DNA of 28,316 nucleotides from an uncultured Myxococcales bacterium (lineage in GTDB: Bacteria > Myxococcota > UBA4151), in contig CAXGWI010000031.1 in the NCBI GenBank assembly GCA_964013405.1, positions 1 to 28,316 on the forward strand. Direction: 5' to 3'. The notes under the pieces are model-generated. The model saw only the letters and a program-made list of their open reading frames with translations, was not told the origin of the DNA and did not search any database. Made by a program: the position numbers and the translations under genes. Below, piece by piece: positions 1 through 7,465 of this stretch; the first letter of the stretch is position 1, and each line of letters starts with the position of its first letter.

Positions 1-464
1 GGACTCGGGATCAGATCCTCGACGAGCACGAGTTCGTCTGGGACCTCGACGACGAGCCCCCGACAGCGATCAACAGGCATCTCGAAAGGACAAACCGCAC
101 CGATGACCTGAAAGTAGCGGGTCTCAACATTGCCCAGCTTAAAGCCATAGGCCCGACTCCACTCGGCCCCCTTGGAGCCAAGCGTGGCTTGGTTCAAAGT
201 CACCTGAGCCCCCTCAGCCGGGAATTGATGTTCTGCGGCAAGATGTTGCCGCAGATCGACTGTCTCCCCGCTCTGAAAGGCAGCCACGGTATTGTCCAAA
301 TAGCCCGCTGACGACAGAATCCAGATATAAACCCCAACGGCGCCAAGATAGAGCAGGATCGCACTGAGACGACGACGACTCGGCGGGGAAGGGGGCGGCG
401 CTGAAGAGTGGGCAGCCGCTTCGATCGCCGCCCAATCTACCGCCTCTTCAACAGAATCAGTCAC
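1..464 (-). CDS. Hypothetical single-pass membrane protein, 3' end runs off the window (not in the ORF track)
   Basis: Read manually. GTG at 464 overlaps the ispDF stop, and the frame stays open to base 1: MTDSVEEAVDWAAIEAAAHSSAPPPSPPSRRRLSAILLYLGAVGVYIWILSSAGYLDNTV...RYFQVIGAVCPFEMPVDRCRGLVVEVPDELVLVEDLIPS. RRR is followed by a hydrophobic TM segment. Confidence 0.75.
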   Translation of the reverse strand, partial: MTDSVEEAVDWAAIEAAAHSSAPPPSPPSRRRLSAILLYLGAVGVYIWILSSAGYLDNTVAAFQSGETVDLRQHLAAEHQFPAEGAQVTLNQATLGSKGAEWSRAYGFKLGNVETRYFQVIGAVCPFEMPVDRCRGLVVEVPDELVLVEDLIPS

Positions 465-1599
465 CGGCTCGCTCCCTGAGAGGCGGCAGCGTTACCGTCG
501 CAAGGGCCTGTACTGCAAGCCCCTCGCGCCGTCCCGTGAAACCCAAACCTTCCGTGGTGGTGGCCTTCAAGTTGATCGACTGGGCCGGTAACTCTAACAG
601 TTGACTCAGACGCCCTACGATCAGTGCTTTGTAGGGTCTCAGACGCGGCTGTTCGCCAATCAAGCACAGATCCACGTGCTCCACGCGCCCGCCAGCCTCT
701 GCCACCAAGCCCATCGCATGGGCCAAGAAGATCGTTGAGTCTGCATCGGCCCACCGGGCCTCGCTGGGCGGGAAATGCTCACCGATATCCCCGGCCCCCA
801 CCGCGCCAAGCAATGCATCGACCAGCGCGTGAAGAAGAACATCCGCATCGCTATGGCCCGCAAGCCCTAACTCCCCTTGTAACTCGCAGCCGCCGAGATA
901 GAGGGGGCGGCTCGCATCATAACGATGGACATCAAATCCTTGCCCCACCACAGTCCTCCGAGGGCGAGATGGCAGGTCCGTTGGACGGGTGATCTTGATG
1001 TTCGCCTCCTCCCCTTCCACTCCCATGACCGGAAAACCGGCCGCCAGCAGCGCTGAGGACTCATCCGTCGCCCCCGCTCCATGGGAACCAAGAGCCTGCA
1101 GTAGCCATTCCCGCCTTGCGACCTGGGGCGTTTGAACCCGCCGGACATCGGCCCGAGTCAGGCCGGTGCTCGGCTGCCCCGATCCGTCCAGTTGGATCAA
1201 GCTATCGACGCTGGGGAGCAAGGGAACCGCTGCCCCCGTCTCAGCGGCTGCCGCACAAAGCCTACGCACCAGTTGGGGATGACAAAACGGGCGGGCGGCG
1301 TCGTGAACGGCCACCAAATCAGCGTCTACGGGTAACGCGGCGAGACCACAAAGGACCGAGTCGACCCGCTCCTTGCCGCCGGGGACGACGGCCAGCAGCT
1401 CGGGGCCCAATCGCTCCAAACCATGCTCTGATCCGGGGGCACCGACGATAACAAGCCCTGCAATGCCTCCCTCAAGGAGGCAGCGAGCCGCGTGAAACAG
1501 GACTGTGTCCCCATCATCGAGGCGCAGGGCAAGCTTATCGGCACCGAAGCGTACGGATCGCCCCGCGGCCACGAGAACACCGTGGCAAGTCGACTGCAT
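457..1599 (-). CDS. ispDF: Bifunctional IspD/IspF (MEP cytidylyltransferase / MEcPP synthase)
   Basis: IspD motifs AAGRSVRFGADK, GGKERVDSV, VHDAARPF, VQTPQ, TDESS, NIKITRPTDL. IspF motifs GQGFDVH, GHSDADVLLHALVDALLGA, DIGEHFP, NLKATTTEGLGFTGRREG. Start trimmed to ATG 1599, just after the carD stop. Confidence 0.96.
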   Translation of the reverse strand: MQSTCHGVLVAAGRSVRFGADKLALRLDDGDTVLFHAARCLLEGGIAGLVIVGAPGSEHGLERLGPELLAVVPGGKERVDSVLCGLAALPVDADLVAVHDAARPFCHPQLVRRLCAAAAETGAAVPLLPSVDSLIQLDGSGQPSTGLTRADVRRVQTPQVARREWLLQALGSHGAGATDESSALLAAGFPVMGVEGEEANIKITRPTDLPSRPRRTVVGQGFDVHRYDASRPLYLGGCELQGELGLAGHSDADVLLHALVDALLGAVGAGDIGEHFPPSEARWADADSTIFLAHAMGLVAEAGGRVEHVDLCLIGEQPRLRPYKALIVGRLSQLLELPAQSINLKATTTEGLGFTGRREGLAVQALATVTLPPLRERAGD

Positions 1600-1612
1600 G
1601 AAGAAGTCCCTG

Positions 1613-2128
1613 TTAGGCGATCGACTCGAGGGACGCGCCATCAAAGATCGCGTCGAACTCAGCCTGGATCTCGGTCACCTCGGTCTCCGTCGCTAAACTG
1701 AGTTCCTTCACCAAGAGCCCCTGGGCTTTATCGAGCATCTTGCGCTCGCCAAAACTCAGATCCTTGCCCGTGCGCAACAAGCAGAGATCACGCATGACCT
1801 CAGCGACCTCAAAGATCGAGCCCGTTCGGATTTTCTCCGTGTATTCACGCTGACGGCGATTCCAAGTGGTTTGATCCACGGAGAGTTCACGCGTCTGGAG
1901 AATCTCGTAAACGGTTTCGATATCCTCAGCTTCGACGAGACCACGTAGACCGACTTTCTCCACCTTCGTGATGGGGACCTTGACGATCATATTGTTGTCG
2001 AGAACTCGCAGCACATAAAAGGTCGCCTGGGTACCACCAAGCTCCCGAGACTCGATCGCCTCGACCCGCGCGACCCCCTCGGTGGGGTAAACAGCGAGAT
2101 CTCCGACTTCGAACGCCTGACCGTGCAT
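1613..2128 (-). CDS. carD: CarD/CdnL family RNA polymerase-binding transcription factor
   Basis: FEVGDLAVYPTEGVARVEAIE, VKVP...VGLRGL, conserved WNRR(Q)REY, LSFGERKML, LVKELS. AGGAG SD before ATG 2128. Known carD/cdnL-ispDF synteny. Confidence 0.93.
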   Translation of the reverse strand: MHGQAFEVGDLAVYPTEGVARVEAIESRELGGTQATFYVLRVLDNNMIVKVPITKVEKVGLRGLVEAEDIETVYEILQTRELSVDQTTWNRRQREYTEKIRTGSIFEVAEVMRDLCLLRTGKDLSFGERKMLDKAQGLLVKELSLATETEVTEIQAEFDAIFDGASLESIA

Positions 2129-2134
2129 AAAACC

Positions 2135-2156
2135 ACTCCTTGAACCGATTAGGAGT
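2135..2156 (-). promoter_or_regulatory. Short hairpin ACTCCT-N10-AGGAGT covering the carD Shine-Dalgarno
   Basis: Perfect 6-bp inverted repeat at 2135-2140 and 2151-2156. The 3' arm on the mRNA is the AGGAG SD. Confidence 0.3.
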
Positions 2157-2266
2157 CTACAGCATGGTCCGGTCAAAAGCCACAAGAGTGTGCGCAGAGG
2201 GATGATGGAAACCTACCAAATTTCAAATCATTGGCAGCGACACCCTCTTCAACCCGAGAGTATGAG

Positions 2267-2608
2267 ATGAAGCCCTTTGCCCTCATCGCCGTCGGTGCAG
2301 CCCTCGGTGCACTGCTCCGTTGGCGCCTCGCCCTCATCATGACGTTCCCCTGGGGAACCACCTGCGCGAACCTTCTGGGCTGCTTTATCCTTGGCATTTT
2401 GGTGGTTCGAGTGACTCCCCAGCAGGCGATGTGGCCCCTCATAGCGATCGGGTTCTGTGGTTCACTGACCACCTTCTCCACTTTTGTTTTTGACCTATGG
2501 AGGCAGGGCCCTGGGCCTGCAGGTTTAAACTACCTTGCCCTCAACCTCCTCGGGGGCTTTGTTCTCTTTATCGCCGCCGTTAACCTGTTTCGCCCTGCTG
2601 GTTCTTGA
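2267..2608 (+). CDS. crcB: Fluoride channel Fluc/CrcB
   Basis: GAALGALLR, FPWGTTCANLLGCF, GFCGSLTTFSTF. Four hydrophobic segments. Start taken at ATG 2267. Confidence 0.93.
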   Translation: MKPFALIAVGAALGALLRWRLALIMTFPWGTTCANLLGCFILGILVVRVTPQQAMWPLIAIGFCGSLTTFSTFVFDLWRQGPGPAGLNYLALNLLGGFVLFIAAVNLFRPAGS

Positions 2609-3626
2609 GCGCCTGCCAGAGCTCTCGAGCCTCCCCTTCGACCTGTCGGGGAACCTGCAACTGAACATGGGCCAGCAGATCCCCCCGGTGACCCGCAGGA
2701 TGGGGCAAGCCAAGATCCCGTAGAGGCAACACGGTGCCTTCACCCGTCCCGGGTGGAACCGAAAGCACCACCGGGCCGTCCAAGCCCTCGATCTCCACAT
2801 CCCCACCGAGCACCGCTGTTGGTAAATCCAACGGGAGGGGCTGATGAAGGTCTGCCCCGTCCCGTACCCAGGGTTCAGGGGCATCCTCGACCCGAAAGAC
2901 GACCAAAAGATCGCCAGGGGGAAGTTGGGGGTTGGACTGGTCGCCCTCCCCGCGCAAGCGAACCTGAAGGCCTGACGAGACCCCGGCTGGGACCTGAATC
3001 ATCAAGTCGCCGGCCTGAACGACGGCTCCAGCACCATCACAGGCAGAACAGGGATCCTTGATCACACCACCGGCCCCCTCACAGCGTGGACAGGTTGTAC
3101 TCATCACAAAGAGCCCTTGCCGCTGGACCACCTGACCCGTTCCCGAACACATCCCGCAGGCCTCGGGGCCCTGTTTCGTCTCTGAGCCCGTTGCACCGCA
3201 GGGCTGACAGGGTCGGTGGCGCCGGAGACTGATGGAACGTTCTGCACCGGTCAAAACTTCGGCAAAAGGCACGTCGAGACGAACTCGTAGGTCGCGCCCT
3301 TTACGGGCCTTTTGGAAAGGCCCACCACCGAACAGATCACCAAAAAAATCGCCAAAATGACTGAAGATGTCGTGAAGGTCTGCACCAGCGGTTTGCACCC
3401 GGCCCTCGACCCCCTCGTGACCATAGCGATCATAGAGGTCTCGCTTCTCTGTATCGCCAAGAACCTCGTAGGCTTCACTCGCCTCTCGGAAAATCTGTGC
3501 CGCCTCCGGATCGTCGGGGTTCTGGTCGGGGTGGTGGGCAAGGGCAATTCGTCGAAATGCTTTCTTGATCCGTGTCGCATCCGATGTGCGCTCCACACCA
3601 AGCACTTCGTAATAATCTCGCTTCAT
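2580..3626 (-). CDS. dnaJ: Class A DnaJ chaperone
   Basis: KRDYYEVLGV, HPD motif, G/F region (DIFSHFGDFFGDLFGGG), four Zn-finger repeats (CQPCGATG, CGMCSGTG, CPRCEGAG, CSACDGAG), C-terminal PGDL domain. GGAGG SD before ATG 3626. Confidence 0.93.
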   Translation of the reverse strand: MKRDYYEVLGVERTSDATRIKKAFRRIALAHHPDQNPDDPEAAQIFREASEAYEVLGDTEKRDLYDRYGHEGVEGRVQTAGADLHDIFSHFGDFFGDLFGGGPFQKARKGRDLRVRLDVPFAEVLTGAERSISLRRHRPCQPCGATGSETKQGPEACGMCSGTGQVVQRQGLFVMSTTCPRCEGAGGVIKDPCSACDGAGAVVQAGDLMIQVPAGVSSGLQVRLRGEGDQSNPQLPPGDLLVVFRVEDAPEPWVRDGADLHQPLPLDLPTAVLGGDVEIEGLDGPVVLSVPPGTGEGTVLPLRDLGLPHPAGHRGDLLAHVQLQVPRQVEGEARELWQALKNQQGETG

Positions 3627-3732
3627 GCACCCGCCTCCACGGGCACCAGATAGGGAGCCCAAAGCCGGACCGCAAGGCCTAGCGCCCCAACCAGAGCGGA
3701 GGGCCTCAGGAGGCGATGGGACAACAAAACAA

Positions 3733-3772
3733 CCAAAAAACGCCCAAGAAGGTCATTTTTGTCGTTTTTTGG
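3733..3772. repeat. Inverted repeat CCAAAAAACG-N20-CGTTTTTTGG in the divergent dnaJ/exbB intergenic region
   Basis: Perfect 10-bp arms at 3733-3742 and 3763-3772, in an AT-rich patch. Confidence 0.55.
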
Positions 3773-3900
3773 CGATTTCTCTTGTTATCTGCCTTTTGCA
3801 TGGTCGACTTGGTCGCTTTGGACTTCTTGACTGCGCTCGTTCTTAAGCTAGAAACCGGAAGCGCCAATCGATATAGGCGCTTTGCCTAAGGAAGAATGCG

Positions 3901-4575
3901 ATGACCTCAGCAGAGCAGGGCCATACCGTCAACGAGATCACTCAACTGATGGTGCAAATCAGTCGGGCCGGGGCCGGCACTTGGATCATGTGGTTCATGG
4001 TTGCCTTATCGGTTGTCTCACTCATTCTCATCGTCGAGCGCTTTATCTTCTTTTGGCGACGTATGGGTGATGCCGAGCTTCTCTACGCCGAGTTGAGCGA
4101 GCAACTGCGCGAGGGGGACCTTCCAGGGGCGAAGGCCTTGGTCGTCGATCAGGACAACCTCGTTGCCAACATCGCCCAAACAGGGATCGAGCGACTCAGT
4201 GATGGCCTAGAGAGTTGTCAGGAAGCGATGGAAGCTCGCACCGCACTGGAGCGCCTACGCTTTGAGCGGGGCCTGACGGTGTTGGGCACCCTTGGGGCTA
4301 ACGCTCCCTTCATTGGACTGCTCGGGACCGTTGTCGAGATCATCGTCACCCTGGGTCGGGAAGGAGGAATCTCTCCGGAGGTTCTACCTCTGATGATGAA
4401 AGACCTGGCAACAGCCCTCGCAGCGACAGCGGTCGGCCTTTTCGTGGCCCTGCCCGCCGTGGCTGCCAACAACTACTTCCGCCGGCGCCTTACAACCGGT
4501 CTGGCCGCCTCCGAAATCGTTCGCCGAGAGCTCGCCGCCTACGCCCTTCGACTGCCGCCAAAAGAGGGGCACTAA
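3901..4575 (+). CDS. exbB: MotA/TolQ/ExbB proton channel family protein
   Basis: TM1 IMWFMVALSVVSLILIVER; TM2 LGTLGANAPFIGLLGTV; TM3 ALAATAVGLFVALPAVAANNYF. Followed by exbD and tonB. Confidence 0.88.
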   Translation: MTSAEQGHTVNEITQLMVQISRAGAGTWIMWFMVALSVVSLILIVERFIFFWRRMGDAELLYAELSEQLREGDLPGAKALVVDQDNLVANIAQTGIERLSDGLESCQEAMEARTALERLRFERGLTVLGTLGANAPFIGLLGTVVEIIVTLGREGGISPEVLPLMMKDLATALAATAVGLFVALPAVAANNYFRRRLTTGLAASEIVRRELAAYALRLPPKEGH

Positions 4576-4577
4576 CA

Positions 4578-5018
4578 ATGGCTGGCGGCGGTGGCGACGG
4601 CGAAGGGTCCATCGAGGACATCAATGTCACGCCTCTCGTCGACATCATGCTCTGCTTGATGGTCATCTTCATCATCGCAGCAGCGATGGTCGTCGCCTCT
4701 CCGAAAGCCATCGAAATCGACCTCCCAAAGGCGGCGAGCGGCGAACAAAAGGAACGCCCTAAAACCTTTGCGGTGACCTATGGTGCGAAAGAGGAGTTGC
4801 TGTTTAACGGCGAACGGGTCGACTGGGACACGATGCGCCGACGGGTGCGTCTTGCGAAGAAAGCGAACGAGGAAGTCCAGGCCATCATCGCGGCTGATGC
4901 CAAGTTGGCCTATGGTAAAGTGATGCGCCTCATCGATGCGATCCGTGTCGATGGTGTTGAGCGCTACGCCCTCAATATCGACCACGACCCGGCGACCAAC
5001 CCGGTTCAAGAGGATTGA
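4578..5018 (+). CDS. exbD: ExbD/TolR family biopolymer transport protein
   Basis: INVTPLVDIMLCLMVIF with the essential TM Asp, IDLPKA, IAADAKLAYGKVMRLID. Confidence 0.92.
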   Translation: MAGGGGDGEGSIEDINVTPLVDIMLCLMVIFIIAAAMVVASPKAIEIDLPKAASGEQKERPKTFAVTYGAKEELLFNGERVDWDTMRRRVRLAKKANEEVQAIIAADAKLAYGKVMRLIDAIRVDGVERYALNIDHDPATNPVQED

Positions 5019-5022
5019 GGTC

Positions 5023-5781
5023 TTGAGCGACATCGGCGTTGCGGACCTTCTCAAGGCCCGGCGTCGACGACGCCTGGGCTTGATCGTTGCGAGCCTCATG
5101 GCGCTCTCTGCTCATGGTCTGGTTGCGGCCGGTGCCAGCATGCTTAGCGACGAGCAGAAGGCGGAACTTCGCCGACGGCTTCAACTCAACATCAACGTCA
5201 AAAAGCCCAAACCCAAGCCAAAAAAGAAAAAAGAGCCGGAAAAGCCCAAACCCAAGCCGAAGCCAAAACGGAAGAAGCGGCGCAAGATCGACTTTACCAA
5301 AAAGCGCGCCAAGCCCAAGCCGGTGGAAAAGCCCCCCGACGAGCCCCCACCCCCGGTCTTTGGCGTGAGCCTCTCGTCCACCTCGTCCACGGGCGCGGGG
5401 ATCACCGTGAGCGTCGGCAACACCCTGGCGATGGATCCAGCCAAATCAAAGAAAGTAAAACCGAAGGCTTTTCGCCCCGTCCCAACCCAGGAGTTGAGCA
5501 CCCGGCCCAAACTCAGTCGAAGAGCCATGCGTAAACTGCAGTCGCTACCCTACCCCCCCAAAGCGATGGAAATGGACCTAGAAGGTCGCGTATTGCTGCA
5601 ACTTGATATCGACGAAAAAGGCAGGGTCATGGCCGTCAAGGTCCTCAAAGATCCCGGTGCCGATCTGGGCGCGGCAGCGAAAAAGATGTTTAAGAGCATT
5701 CGCTTCGTCCCCGCGACGGTCAACGGAGAACCCGTCGCCTCTCGGGTCCGATTCAAATACGACTTCGTGATCGAGTTTTAA
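5023..5781 (+). CDS. tonB: Energy transducer TonB family protein
   Basis: N-terminal TM with His (LGLIVASLMALSAHGLV), Lys/Pro-rich linker, TonB C-domain YPPKAMEMDLEGRVLLQLDIDEKGRV...FVPATVNGEPV. TTG start at 5023 after GAGG. Confidence 0.87.
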   Translation: MSDIGVADLLKARRRRRLGLIVASLMALSAHGLVAAGASMLSDEQKAELRRRLQLNINVKKPKPKPKKKKEPEKPKPKPKPKRKKRRKIDFTKKRAKPKPVEKPPDEPPPPVFGVSLSSTSSTGAGITVSVGNTLAMDPAKSKKVKPKAFRPVPTQELSTRPKLSRRAMRKLQSLPYPPKAMEMDLEGRVLLQLDIDEKGRVMAVKVLKDPGADLGAAAKKMFKSIRFVPATVNGEPVASRVRFKYDFVIEF

Positions 5782-5782
5782 G

Positions 5783-6571
5783 GTGGAGCGCTTGACGCTG
5801 CGGCTCCCAAGTGGGGAGCGGCCCGTTCGGCACCTGGGAGAAGGCCCCACGGTGCTCTGCCTCAATGGCCTCACCCAAACCACCGCCAACTGGACTGGCT
5901 TTGCCCGGCGCCTCGCCGCCCGTGGCTATCGAGTCGTCCTCACCGACCTGCCCGGACAGGGTTCTGTGCCCCCACTGCCCCAGGGAGGTCCCCCGGCCCA
6001 AGCAGAGCTTCTCGTCGAATTGCTGGATGCACTTTCCCTCGACCACAGTCATCTCCTCGGCTTTAGTTTTGGGGGGCGTGTGGCCCAAGAACTCCTGTCC
6101 CAAAGCCCCCATCGAATCGGTCGCTGCATCTTCGTCTCCACCAGTCTCCGGCAAAGCCAGGCGGCAGATCTGGTGGTCAAGGGATGGCTGAGCGCTCTCG
6201 ACCATGGCGGTGTCGAAGCCCTTGCCAGCCACGCGCTACCTTGGATTATCGGTGACCAACTGCTGGGTGGCGATCTCGACTTGATCGTTCGAACCACGAG
6301 CCGAAGAAACAGCGTTGAGGGTATCCGCAGTCTCATCTTCGGTCTTCTCCATCACAGGCCGCCTCCGCTCGCTGATCTAAGCCATCACTGTCTGGTGGTG
6401 GCTGGGGGCCGGGACCGGTTCGCCCTCAGCATCGACCAGCGCTGGGCCGCTGAACAACTGCCCAACGCAAGTTTTCTTGAGATCCCAGACGTGGGTCACA
6501 CGGTCCCCGTCGAAGCCCCCGAAGCCCTCGCTGAAGCCGTGGACGTCTTTCTCACTCAGGCGGCACCATGA
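5783..6571 (+). CDS. Alpha/beta fold hydrolase
   Basis: DLPGQGS, nucleophile elbow GFSFGG, acid residue in GGRDRF, catalytic His in GHTVPVEAP. Substrate not assignable. Confidence 0.88.
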   Translation: MERLTLRLPSGERPVRHLGEGPTVLCLNGLTQTTANWTGFARRLAARGYRVVLTDLPGQGSVPPLPQGGPPAQAELLVELLDALSLDHSHLLGFSFGGRVAQELLSQSPHRIGRCIFVSTSLRQSQAADLVVKGWLSALDHGGVEALASHALPWIIGDQLLGGDLDLIVRTTSRRNSVEGIRSLIFGLLHHRPPPLADLSHHCLVVAGGRDRFALSIDQRWAAEQLPNASFLEIPDVGHTVPVEAPEALAEAVDVFLTQAAP

Positions 6572-7440
6572 GCAAGGCAGAGGTCTTTTTCGCCACCCCC
6601 TTTCGCCTTCCTTCCCCCGAGGAGCTCGGCGACCGGGTGGTTGTGCTCGATATCGCCTTCTGCGCAACGGGGCCAAACCGAAGCTACGAGTCGATCACCC
6701 GGCCTTTTATCGAGAGCCTCGGTACCCGACTGAAACTCTGGGTCGACCACCACGATCATGAACGCAACGAAGACTGGGCAGAAGACGAACGCTTCGTCCT
6801 CGTTTCAAGAGATCAGCACCCGGCTTGCCCCGAGCTCATCACGCCGGCGCGAGTCCAAGGAGCCGGCCCGATCGACACCATCGTCTGCCACCACGATTTT
6901 GACGGGATCGCCAGCGCCGCTCGATTCCTCCTCGGTGGGGAGGATCCCTATCCGGGCTGTGAACTCGACGCCCGGGCCATCGACTCCCGGGTGGGAAAAG
7001 CCTCAGCCCACGCCGAGCGTCTCGCAGGCGCACTGGCCGTACGACATGATGATGTCATGCGCCGGCTCGTGCTGGGGGCCCTGGTTCACGGCCGAGAGAG
7101 CAGCGAGCAAGCCAAACAGATCGATCGAGCCTACGAGAGCCACCAGAAACGGGCCCGGCGAGCCCGAGAACTCGCGGCGACCGGTGAACGAATCGGTTCG
7201 GTTCTGCTGATGGACAACCGGGGTCACAGGGAGAAGGCTGACCGCACCGTTGCACTCTTGGAAGGTCAAAAGCGGGCGCCCGTCGCAGTCTTTCTTGCCG
7301 GCGATGGCCGCGTCACAGTGGCCTGCGACGCGGCCCTCGATCTGGACTTGTGCGCGCTCTTTGAAACAGGAGGCGGCATGCGCAACCGAGTCACGCTAAC
7401 CATCGACCGACTCGACGAGGTTTTACGGAAACTGCCCTGA
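6568..7440 (+). CDS. DHH-family phosphoesterase-like protein with atypical motif order
   Basis: VVVLDIAF, WVDHHDH, IVCHHDFDGIASA, AIDS, C-terminal GGGMRNRV (DHHA1-like). ATGA overlap with the hydrolase gene. Confidence 0.65.
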   Translation: MSKAEVFFATPFRLPSPEELGDRVVVLDIAFCATGPNRSYESITRPFIESLGTRLKLWVDHHDHERNEDWAEDERFVLVSRDQHPACPELITPARVQGAGPIDTIVCHHDFDGIASAARFLLGGEDPYPGCELDARAIDSRVGKASAHAERLAGALAVRHDDVMRRLVLGALVHGRESSEQAKQIDRAYESHQKRARRARELAATGERIGSVLLMDNRGHREKADRTVALLEGQKRAPVAVFLAGDGRVTVACDAALDLDLCALFETGGGMRNRVTLTIDRLDEVLRKLP

Positions 7441-7465
7441 TTCCCACTTGCTCGAAAACCGAAGC

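Noticed and set aside
214..435. 73-aa ORF in the track
   Set aside because: It is an alternative frame inside the better-supported 464-to-<1 membrane protein ORF on the same strand.
2140..2266. Fluoride riboswitch upstream of crcB
   Set aside because: GATGATGG...CCTACC (+) and GCTGTAGACTCCTA (-) resemble fragments of the motif, but the GGxGATGGxGTTCxCC stem, the pseudoknot pairing and the spacing are missing. An Infernal search with the Rfam crcB model would settle it.
3627..3900. CIRCE/HrcA operator or sigma54 promoter upstream of dnaJ; 73-aa ORF 3625..3846
   Set aside because: No TTAGCACTC-N9-GAGTGCTAA. TGGCGATTTCTCTTGT lacks correct GG-N10-GC spacing. The ORF has no SD, no motif and atypical composition.
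3901..5781. Calling the motor AglRQS/GltG or TolQRA
   Set aside because: There is only one ExbD/TolR gene and no glt, tolB or pal neighbours. Family-level call only.
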